From the human T2T-CHM13v2.0 reference genome, Homo sapiens: 64,000 bases of DNA. The number at the start of each line of letters is the position of its first letter. Positions within the stretch are counted from its first letter, which is position 1. The notes beneath the pieces are model-generated. The model was not told where the DNA came from. It did not search any database and saw nothing but the letters and a program-made list of their open reading frames with translations. Shown piece by piece: positions 19,427-37,446 of this stretch. Position numbers and translations under genes: made by a program. Location of the stretch: the NCBI RefSeq assembly GCF_009914755.1, contig NC_060940.1; one strand, written 5' to 3'.

Positions 19427-20780
19427 TAGTAGAAATGGGGTTTTTGTATTTTTAGTAGAGATGGGGTTTCACCGTGTTAGCCAGGATAGTCTCGATCTCC
19501 TGACCTCATGATCAGCCCGCCTCAGCCTCCCAAAGTACTGGGATTGCAGGTGTGAACCACTGTGTCCAGCCTTTATTTTTTATTTATTTTTATTTTTATT
19601 TTGTTATTTACTTTTTGAGATGGAGTCTCACTCTTTCGCCAGGCTGGAGTGCAGTGGCGCAATCTCGGCTCACTGCAACCTCTAACTCCCTGGTTCAAGC
19701 GATTCTCCTGCCTCAGCCTCCCGAGTAGCTGGGATTATAGGCATGCACCACCACGCCCAGCTAATTTTTGTATTTTTAGTAGAAACGGGGTTTCACCATG
19801 TTGGCCAGGATGGTCTCGATCTCCTGACCTTGTGATCCACCCGCCTTGGCCTCCCAAAGTGCGGGATTACAGGCGTGAGCCACCGTGCCCGGCCCTTTCA
19901 TTTATTTTTTGAGACAGAGTCTCACTCTGTTGCCCAGGCTGGAGTGCAATGGCGTGATCTCAGCTCACTATAACCTCTGCCTCCTCAGTTCAAGCGATTC
20001 TCGTCCCTCAGCCTCCTGAGTAGCTGGGATTATAGGCATGCACCCCTACACCAGGCTAATTTTTGTATTTTTAGTAGAGACAAGGTTTCATCATGTTGGC
20101 CAGGCTGGTCACAAACTCCTGGCCTCAAGCGATCTGCCTGCCTCGGCCTCCCAAAGTGCTGGGATTACAGGTGTGAGCCACTGTGCCTGGCCGCCATTTC
20201 CTTTTTTTAGAGGTAAAGTAACATGACTCTTCAAAGAGTGATCATAGCTTGTCTCACTGTCCTTAAGAAACTGTGGAAACAGATGTGCGCTCTTTTTATT
20301 TCAGATTTCATTATCCACAGTAAGTAGATTTCCACTGACTCCTTGAGATTTCCTAGATGGTAATTTTCACTCTGCAAGGAACCAATAACCTTCAGAGGAA
20401 TTATTTGAAAGGACTATAGTGCAGAAGGCACTGAATCTCAATCAATCATATGTTTAATGAGTTCCTTCTCTGCAAGGTAATCTTTTTGGAATAGTGGGGA
20501 ATAAATATAAGTTGATGGGTGGTCCCTGCCCTCCTGTAGTTTATAATCTACTTGGCCAAACAAGCCAGGAACAGAATTAAATTGTTCAAAGGAAAATTCC
20601 CAATGAACTGAGGAGTCAGGCAAAGCTGAAATGAAAGCTTGCTAGGTGGTAAGGGAATTCGGCCGGAGGAGGCAGGAGGTGTCTGGAAAGAAGGACTTAG
20701 ACAACGTGCAAGACATCATTGGGACACATTGACTGAATGAGTTGGGCTCATCTGAAGGTAGTGATGAAAGGCAATGTTGA

Positions 20781-20991
<211 letters not shown>

Positions 20992-22233
20992 TAGCTGGGA
21001 CTACAAGTGCATGTCACCACGCCCAGCTAATTTTTGTATTTTTAGTAGAGATGGGGTTTCACCATGTTGCCCAGGATGGTCTGGATCTCCTGACCTCGTG
21101 ATCCCCCCGCCTCGGCCTCCCAAAGCTCTGGGATTACAGGCATGAGCCATCGTGTCCAGCCTGAAAATAATCTTTAAAGGAAAAATTATCAAGTAATCCC
21201 AATACCAATCTATCTCCATTAGCTACTTCCAGGGTTAAATATTTTGTTATATAACTTGCTGTCTTATGTAAGTGCCCTCACTATTAGTTAGCAGATCTGT
21301 GACTTACTCCAACTCTATTGGCAAAAAGGTCTTGATAGTCTTGCAGAGAATTCCCAGCACTTCCCTTCTGCTAATAAAGGTGTCCTCAAGTGCCCAACTC
21401 CTGGGTAATTACAAATGCAAAAGTGTTAAAAATAGCACTCATACTCTAAGGAATCAGCTGCGAAACACTCTCTAATAAGCAGAAATTTCACATAACTCAG
21501 GCCTCTGGGGGCTCACGCCTCAGCTGGAGCAGAGCCAGAATGTCTGTGACCGCAGGTGCACTTGGGCACATTGGGACCTGCTGGAACAGCAAGCTGGCCT
21601 CTGCAGTTGATTTAGGAGAGGGCTGGAGGGTTGAGCTTTTGCTGACATTTGCAGCTTGGAAAATCCGACTCCACTAATCGCAAAGAGGATTCTGCTGTAA
21701 TGATTTTTTTTTTGGTAAGATACTTTTCTCATTTTGAATTCTTTCTTCATTTGGGCTCTGGACACTTCCCAGCCTCTACATTTATTATTTTAACTTCTGT
21801 TACAGGAGGCTCTTCAGAAGTTTCTGCCTGCACATGAACATGCATTCACAGAGTGGTGCACGGCCACGGTTTACGAGCCTCAACGTGCACTTCATGAGCA
21901 AGCAAGTTTACAGCCCCTTTTACAGGAATTGGTGCACATTCCCTCTGCTTGCCCCTGTCCCTGCCCACATGAAAACACAGGGATTTTTTGCTACTACTGC
22001 TGAAGAAAAGTTAGAGGACACCTTGACCTCATGATTTTGCTGAGCACTTGCTTTCTTAACAGTGTGCTTTCTGGACCCTTAGTTTATTTTTTATTTTTTT
22101 AATTTTTTTTTTTTTTGAGACAAACTCTTGCTCTGTCGCCCAGGCTGTAGTGCAGCGGTGCGATCTCGGCTCACTGCAACCTTTGCCTCCTGGGTTCAAG
22201 AGATTCTTGTGCCTCATTCTCCTGAGTAGCTGA

Positions 22234-22332
<99 letters not shown>

Positions 22333-22939
22333 TGAACTCCTGACCTCAAATGATCTGCTTGCCTCACCCTCCCAAAGTTTTGGGATTATAGGCATGAGCC
22401 ACTGTGCCCAGCTTGGACCCTTATTTTTGAGGTCTGAAGGGTACTGTATAGTGAAAATAACCCTGGATCCAGAGGCTGGTAGTCCTGAGTTGTCTCTGCC
22501 TCCTTCCTATGGACTTTGGGCCATGGTCTTTGGTCTTTGGCTCTCTGGCCCTCAGTTTTCTTAGCTCTTCTAGTCCATGAAGCTGGAGGAGGTGGGTGGG
22601 TTGTATCATTCATGTCTGAATAAAAGCCACTGCAGGCTCTGCAATGTGCACAGCAGTGGCTCATGGCCTTTGGTCAGGGAAACTTCCTGCCAATTGGATG
22701 AATCACAGGCTTCAAAAAAATACCTTAGAGACCAAATTTTGCATACAATTTTTGGGAATGCCCACGTACACTTGCCCCAACAAAAGGCCATGGCCTCCAG
22801 GCTAAGAAAGTCAGATCTGCGGCCAGGCACGGTGGCTCACGCCTGTAATCCCAGCACTTTGGGAGGCCGAGGCGGGTGGATCATGAGGTCAGGAGTTCAA
22901 GAACAGCCTGACCAACATGGTGAAACCCCACCTTTACTA

Positions 22940-25056
<2,117 letters not shown>

Positions 25057-25449
25057 CCATCATTCTGCAAATATCCTTGAGGCCTGCCAATTGTGGCTTC
25101 AGGGTTTAAGAAGACATGGTTCCCTCTTGAATTACAGGCAAGTAAACGAGATTACAAAACATTGACAAAGGCTTGGATCATGCTGTTGGACCTTTGCCTG
25201 AGCTGTTCACCGTCCGTTGTTACCTCTGTGAAGCTGACCCCAGGCCTAACCAAATGTTCCTTTTATGCTGTTCTGGGGACGTCTTCTGCATGTCACTTAA
25301 CCACATAGTATCACACCTAGTTGGTTGGTTCTGCATTTTCCTTCCCCACTAGACCGCAAACTCTCAGCTGTTGTTGGTACTATTGAGCTTAAGTACAGGG
25401 CCTCAAAAGGAGCCGGAGTACAGGGCTAAGCGCTCAGTACACAGGGTAC

Positions 25450-26800
25450 GAACCAATCAATGCAAGAATGAACGTGCCACCGGGTCTTGCAGGCTTGAGA
25501 AGTGTTTCTCCAAGCTGATTTTGCTTTCCGTGCCCGGGCAGCTCCCGTGAATTGCACGGTAGAGGTCAGGAGTTTCTGGGGGGTCCGTGGGGAGCCAATG
25601 GAAGGATGAGGAGAAATGCAGTCCCACCGCATTCGGGTTGCCCACGTCCGGCGAGAGGCGAGTGATCGGACAACTTCTGCACCTCCCGGAAGCGGCTGCG
25701 CCGGCCCCGCCCCTCCAGAGGCAGGCGTGGCCTCATGAATAATGAATCGTGCGGGGGAGGGGCCGGGCCCGCCCCTCCGGGCGGGAAGAGGGAAGCGCCG
25801 AGGCTGCCTGACTGGAATGAGGGTAGCTGCGGCGACTGCGGCGGCTGGAGCGGGGCCGGCCATGGCGGTGTGGACGCGGGCCACCAAAGCGGGGCTGGTG
25901 GAGCTGCTCCTGAGGGAGCGCTGGGTCCGAGTGGTGGCCGAGCTGAGCGGGGAGAGCCTGAGCCTGACGGGCGACGCCGCCGCGGCCGAGCTGGAGCCCG
26001 CTCTGGGACCCGCGGCCGCCGCCTTCAACGGCCTCCCAAACGGCGGCGGCGCGGGCGACTCGCTGCCCGGGAGCCCAAGCCGCGGCCTGGGGCCCCCGAG
26101 CCCGCCGGCGCCGCCTCGGGGCCCCGCGGGTGAGGCGGGCGCGTCGCCGCCCGTGCGCCGGGTGCGGGTGGTGAAGCAAGAGGCGGGCGGCCTGGGCATC
26201 AGCATCAAGGGCGGCCGCGAGAACCGGATGCCGATCCTCATCTCCAAGATCTTCCCGGGGCTGGCTGCCGACCAGAGCCGGGCGCTGCGGCTGGGCGACG
26301 CCATCCTGTCGGTGAACGGCACCGACCTGCGCCAGGCCACCCACGACCAGGCCGTGCAGGCGCTGAAGCGCGCGGGCAAGGAGGTGCTGCTGGAGGGTGA
26401 GCGGGGCCGGGCGGGAGGGTGGGCAGGCCGCGGCGGCCTGGGCTCGCGGGAGCTCACTTTGTTCCTGCCCCGCCGGCGGGGCGAGCCGGTTCTCTCCCCG
26501 TCTCTCTCCAAACCCGGGTTTCTGGAGCTTTCAGTGTGGAAAAACGGATGCTTCTTGCAGGAAAAGTTGGGCAGCCGCCGAAGTGTGGCTTGCAGCCCCT
26601 AGGGAAGACTCGGCTGAGATTGAGTAAAAAGCAGCTGCCTATGAAGCCCCACCTCGGCCCGATAAGCTGACACTAAGAACTTGAGGGAGAGCGAACGGCT
26701 CGAGTGGGTCTGTCTCCGTTTGCCCGCTGAGAAGTGCCGGGTTGGCGCTTAACTCACTCACCTCTGGCTCCTCGGGGCGGGCGGGTCTATTAAAAAAAAA
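25450..26800 (+). promoter_or_regulatory. SNTB2: SNTB2 CpG-island promoter and first-exon island
   Basis: Abrupt high GC and CpG density; CCAAT at 25453 and 25595, ETS CCGGAAG 25686-25692, GC boxes at 25705-25712 and ~25768-25775; no TATA. Confidence 0.9.
25817..26396 (+). CDS. SNTB2: SNTB2 (beta-2-syntrophin) exon 1 CDS: N-half of split PH domain, Pro/Gly linker and PDZ domain
   Basis: [32 protein letters not shown]...[30 protein letters not shown]...AGKEVLLE is the syntrophin PDZ; donor AGG|GTGAGC at 26397; 580 nt, phase 1. Confidence 0.98.
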
Positions 26801-29772
26801 AAAAAGTCCATCTTCACCGATGCCAGCGGTATGCTCGGGCAAACCACCAAAGCGCTGGTTAATTTATGGGAATTTAACCCATCATTGGCTCTCAACAATA
26901 ACCAAAGGAGATCATAGCATTTCATTGAAGCCAGAAAGCTGAAACAGCAAGTCTGTGTGGTTAACGAACCTTGTTTAACAGTGGAGGCTCACGTGTTTGA
27001 ACATTTACTGCCAACTAGAGTTTTGCCCCTTTTGCAAGTCTGCTGCCAGCTTCCTACCACTCACAGGCGCGCTGCTTCAAGACTCTTGGGGTTTTTGTAA
27101 GAAACTTGAAATGGCAAATCACAAGATAGGTTTCAATAACCAGGATTATTCTTTACGTTAAGTTATATGTATGTGATCTGTAAGTTGGATCTTTCATGAT
27201 GAATTTGAACTAAGGCAAAAATAAAATTCCTCTCCTCTAAGGACTCATGCATGTTGGAGGTGATAGAGTATTGTAAATTATAAACGAAAAGTCAGCTGCT
27301 TTCTTCAGAAATTTTTGAGCGGTCAGCTTTCTTTCACTGGTGATTATGGCTAGCTGTGTTGAAAAGAATATAAAAGAAGATGCTGTCCCTACTTGGTCTC
27401 TAGTTGGAGAAATGATAGAAAAATGCAAAACAACTTATAGGGAGGAAAGGAATGAAGTTGGTGATTACGTCGTGAAACTATACTTAAATGCCAAAGGAAT
27501 GCAAAGTTAGAAAATAGTTAGTGGAGATGGAATTAGCCAGGGAGGACTTTTTCCCGAAGCTGAATCTTGAGCCAGGTCTCCAAGAAGTGATGGACATAGG
27601 CAGGCAGGGATGAGTCAGGAGGGTATTCCTGGCAGAGGAAGGACAGAAGGGAAGGGCTGGGGGCTGCTGGTGAAGAAGGACCAATCGTCAAACCGAGAGG
27701 CCAGAAGTCCAACTTGGCACAATGGATTTTCACTTTCTTATAAATCAGCTTGTGAATATTTGGAAAAATACTGATTTACCAGAAATGATTTCATGTACAC
27801 CAGTTGTGAAGTTCCAGTGTCCCACCTTTATAATATCCTATTTATAAACCTTATTTATATTGCATGTCTAGGTGGGGCTAGACATTGCTCGGAAATTAGT
27901 GTTAATAGAAGGAGTAAAATTATAGATTGTGGTTTGGGTGTGTGTCCAAAAAAAACTGTTACTCTAAACGTGTACCTTGAAGTTGGTCTAGCTAAGCATT
28001 TGGTTATAAATTCTTACATCCAGAATATTGAATTTAGTACTATTTATGTAGTCCTCAGTTGTGATGGGCAGACAGTTGAACCTTGTACACCATATTTAGA
28101 AAAAAAACACAAAAAACCTTTTGGCCAGGCGTGGTGGCTCATGCCTATAATCCCAGCACTTTGGGAGGCCAAGGTGGGCAGATCACCTGAGGTCAGGAGA
28201 ACATGACGAAACCTCGTCTCTACTAAAAATACGAAAATTAGCCAGGCGTGGTGGCAGATGCCTGTAATCCCAGCTCCTAGGGAGGCTGAGGCAGGAGAAT
28301 CGTTTGAACCTCAGAGGTGGAGGCTGCAGTGAGCCAAGATCTCACCACTGCACTCCAGCATGGATGCCCAGCCTGGATGACAGAGCAAGACTCCATCTCA
28401 AAAACAAACAAACAACCTACTTTTTGTATAGGTATAGTTTGAACCTAGTATTCAGACCAGTAAAATGAAAACCTTGCAGTAAATGCTTCCCAGTCTTTAT
28501 TGGGCTAAAATAGGCCACGTGTGCTTTTAGAAAGATGGCCGCATAATAACATGTTTATTGAATGCCTTTTTACCTAACATGCAGGTTCTACTTTATTTTC
28601 CCACTTTGTACAAGACAAGCAGTTTTTGTTCTTATAAGTAGTGAGGAAGTCAATATAGTAGATTTACGACATTGCATTTTCAAGCCACTGGGTGTAAAAA
28701 TAAAATTACTCAAAATATGTAAAACCACTGAAAACAATGATTTAATTGAACCAGTCAAACATTATTTAAAATTGAGAGCTGGTGTCCCATCCAGGTAGGC
28801 CACTTTTAAAAGACAGATTTTAAGTTTAGTCTTTAAAGTTTTCAGGCTGTACCATGTTGTCCTTCCATTAGATGTCTGAAAACTTGAAAAACTGCCGTAT
28901 CATCTCACAGTGATGCTTTTTTGTGGTGTGGGCAGGGAATTTCAGGCACACTTTTGCCAATCCCACACCAGGGAAAGCTATAGTCTTTGGTTGCCTGTGG
29001 TTAAGGAATTGAGTTAAAAGTTTCCTTTTTATCTCAGGGATTTGCAGGAGTTATTTATTCATTCATCAGATATTTACTTAACTCTTAACTCATGCCAGAG
29101 GCACTTGAAGATACCTGATTCCTGTCCTCAGGAAGTTTAGAGTTGAGATGTGGGGAAACGGAGAAGTAAATAAGTACAGCAGAGGGCTAAAAGTGCTGTT
29201 TTAATAGAAGTTTGCACAACCCAAAGGAGACAGAGGTCTATATAGGTCCATCATGGGAATCAGAGGTTGAGGATGCCCAGGTTGATGAAGCTTAAATTGA
29301 GCTTCCCCTTTAGAAGAGAGCTGCCACCAGTAAAGACACAGAAGTGCAAGACATTAAAAAGTTATTCTAGCCAGTAGGGTAGAGCAGAAGCAAGGACTTT
29401 GTGGTCAGATGTGGGTTTGTTTCTGGCTAGTGGTTTGTAACCCCTAGGCAAGTTACTTAATCTTGCTAAGTAAACCTTAGTTTCCTCATCTGTAAAGCCA
29501 GGATGATAATAACACCTCCCTCAAAGTTGTTAATTCATTTTGCAATTCACGTGTTGAGTACTTTTTAAGGGACTGGGAATACAGCAATGAACAGCACAGG
29601 TCTGAATGAGGAAGGTAGGACCGGGTCACGAAGGTATGCCACGAGTTAACAAAGACACTCTCAAAACAGGAAGGATGGCAAGTCGTTAAAATAACATCCA
29701 GGGCTCCATTTTTACCTGAAGAAGAATAGATGATAAGAATTATTTTAGGTGATTAGGTTAAGAATGAGTTTG

Positions 29773-29871
29773 CGCTGGTCCGAGTGCAGTGGTGTTTACA
29801 ACTAATTGATCACAACTAGTTACAGATTATTTGTTCCTTCTCCACTCTCACTGCTTCACTTGACTAGCTTT
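29773..29871 (+). pseudogene. Y3 RNA (RNY3) processed pseudogene; A-rich tail follows (29872-29918)
   Basis: GCTGGTCCGAGTGCAGTGGTGTTTACAACTAATTGATCACAACTAGTTACAGA...CTGCTTCACTTGACTAGCTTT closely matches the recalled hY3. Confidence 0.94.
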
Positions 29872-30474
29872 AAAAAAAAAAAAAGAAAGAAAGAAAAGAA
29901 AAGAGAAAAAAAGAAAAACCAAGTGTGGTGGCTCATGCCTGTAATCCAGCACTTTGGGAGACCAAAGCAGGAAGATCATTTGAGGCTGAGTTCGAGACAA
30001 GCCTGGGCAACATAGCAAGACCCTATCTGTACAAAAACTTCAAAAAAAAAATAAATAAAACAATTAGCTGGGTGTAGTGGCGCAATTGTAGTCCCAGCTA
30101 CTTGAGAGGCTGAGGTGGATCACATGACCCCAGGAGGTTGAGGCTGCAGGGAGCCATGATTGCACCACTGCATTTCAGCCTGGGTGAACAGAAACGCTGC
30201 CAATAAATAAATAAACAGAGTCTCGCTCTGTTGCTTAGCTGGAGTGCAGTAGAACAGTGTTTTGCTGTTCTCAACTGACTATTCGAGGATCCAATCAGTG
30301 CTCCTGGCTAGGTTAGTACACTGTGGTAACCAACTGGACAACAAATAATGCTGCTTGCTTGCATCTTCCACTAAATAGTATAATAATGTCTTACATTTTA
30401 ATCAGGATTTTAAAATTATGCATTTTATTTATTTTGAGACAGGGCCTCTCTCCGTTGCCCAAACTGGAGTGTAG

Positions 30475-30710
<236 letters not shown>

Positions 30711-30896
30711 TGAGTAGCTGGGACTACAGGCGCATGCCACCATGCCCAGCTAATTTTTTTTTTGTATTTTTAGTAGAGACGGGGTTTCACCATCTTAACC
30801 AGGTTGGTCTTGATCTCCTGACCTTGTGATCCGCCCACCTCAGCCTCCCAAAGTGTTGGGATTACAGGTGTGAGCCACTGCACCCAGCCTGGCTAA

Positions 30897-31091
<195 letters not shown>

Positions 31092-32152
31092 TGAGATAGG
31101 CTGTTTATATTTGTTGTATAAATGATTAAAACTGAGTTTCACCAAAGTTAAATGAGTTACTGAAGGTCTCAGAATTTCTCTTGATTTTTAGGGAAAATTT
31201 TTGATTTTTCATTTGGAGTAGAAGAAATACCTTACCTGGATTGTTTAAAGTTGGTAATGTCTGATCTTATAGATAAGGAATGAACACCCAGAGTTTAAGT
31301 GACATGATTAAGGTCACCTGACAAATTAGTTGGTGGAAGTTGTACTAAAACCCAGTCCAGTGCTTCCCCCCCTGGACGGGGCTACGTACAACTAATCAGT
31401 CATATCTTTAGCATCTCCTGTGTCTTGTTATGTTGTAGTGTGCTGTGAGAGATCAATGGGCAAAGTAAAATGAAGATGGTCCTTGGCATCAAATCATTAG
31501 AGAGAAACTAGGGAAAGAAAAGTACCCCATTGGCCGGGTGCGGTGGCTCACACCTGTAATCCCAGCACTTTGGGAGGCCGAGGCAGGCGGATCACAAGGT
31601 CAGGAGTTCGAGACCAGCCTGGCCAATATGGTGAAACCCCATCTCTACTAAAAATACAAAAATTAGTCAGGCGTGGAGGCGTGCACCTGTGATCCCAGCT
31701 ACTCGGGAGGCTGAGGCAGGAGAATCACTTGAACCCAGGAGGCGGAGGTTGCAGATTGCACCACTGTACTCCATCCTGGGTGACAGCGAGACCCTGTCTT
31801 CAAAAAAGAAAAGAAAAGAAAAGAAAAACTACCCCATAGAAAATAGTTGCTAAAGTGTGTAAAACTCACTCTTCAAGAGTTCACTAAAGGGAATGATTAA
31901 TTGGGGGATGAAAGAATTGAGTATGACTTCCTAGGGAAAGGAGACAGGCTTGAGGGACAGGCTACTTCTCTGTAGACTGAAGTCAGTTCAAGTTGAGGGG
32001 ATGGCCTGAACAAAAGCCAAAATGAGCATGACATATGATACAAAGTGAGGGGAATGGCTAATTGGTATGGACTTGAGGGAAGAAAATAAAGTTGGGTAGA
32101 TAGATTGAAGCCAGATTATGCAAGTTATTGAAAGCCAACCAGAGGAATTTAG

Positions 32153-32427
<275 letters not shown>

Positions 32428-32489
32428 TGATCCACCCACCTCGGCCTCCGAAAGTGCTGGGATTACAGGAATGAGCCACCACGCCCGGC

Positions 32490-36070
<3,581 letters not shown>

Positions 36071-37086
36071 ATGCTTGTCAGGGGACATAGCAGAGTCCAC
36101 TGAGAAGTTTTTCCTACCTAGATAGTCTCCTTCCAACTGCCTGTGCATCCAAAAATTTGATACTTACAGAGAATCTTCTGCAGTGAGTTTATCAGTGGAA
36201 AAGTGAAATAATTTGGAGAGTGTTACCCTCATACTGTTCAGCTTTGTTGTAAAGCACTTAAGCCATGTAACTGTCTGCTGTCTCTGGGGTTTGCGAAGAA
36301 AAATTTTAGTTTATAAACAGTATACTGTATCTGGTCACATGGAATGAGAACATATTCTTCCTTTAAAGGTTCTTTTTTCTAGATTAGAGAAAAGAGCTTT
36401 TGAATTCCTTTGGAGAAATGATGGTATGGTCAGTTATGTTTAATATTTTGTGCCTGGAGAAATACAATTGATTTGGTTACTTTATTTAAGTGTCTTTCTG
36501 AGGAAAATGCACTGATTCCTTAATAAAATTTGTGTTAGATTTTAGTGTAAAAACAAAACTCGTGAAATAATTTTATATATGAACAAAGTGCTAGTGATTA
36601 TGGTGTCATAGATTTGCCTTTTAAAATAATAAAAGAAATATAAAATTCAAACTTGGCTTTATTTCTGACCCCCAAGACATTGCTAGAATGCTATAATTAG
36701 TTGAGAATATGTGAAATGCAATTTTCTTTTTGCTTTGGTTTTTCTACATTTTTCTTTTTGCTGTGTTCGGACCCTCTTGCTTTAAAATTTGTAAGTTATC
36801 TTGAATGTGTTATGGAAAGTAAACTTAATGAAATAGATGAGAAAGTTGAGCAGTGTATTTTTGAATTTAATCTGTCATGCATGTAAAATGTTACACCTAG
36901 GCAGGTGTGGTTGGTCATTCCTGTAATCTCAGCACTTTGGAAGGCAGAGGCAGTAGGATCACTTGAGGCCAGGAGTTCAAGATCATCCTGGTCAACCTAG
37001 TGAGACCCCATCTGTATTTTAAAAATGAAAAAAAAAAAAGTTACACCTTACACTTAGAAAAATTGGAAGCTTTAATTTTTCATTGA

Positions 37087-37446
<360 letters not shown>

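Noticed and set aside
25426-26511. 361-aa and 203-aa minus-strand ORFs over the CpG island
   Set aside because: Antisense shadows of the GC-rich SNTB2 exon 1, where stops are scarce; low-complexity R/P/A/S composition and no recognisable domain
26397-26602. C-terminal ~68 aa of the 286-aa ORF (GERGRAGG...)
   Set aside because: Read-through into intron 1 past the GT donor at 26397; syntrophin similarity stops at LLE
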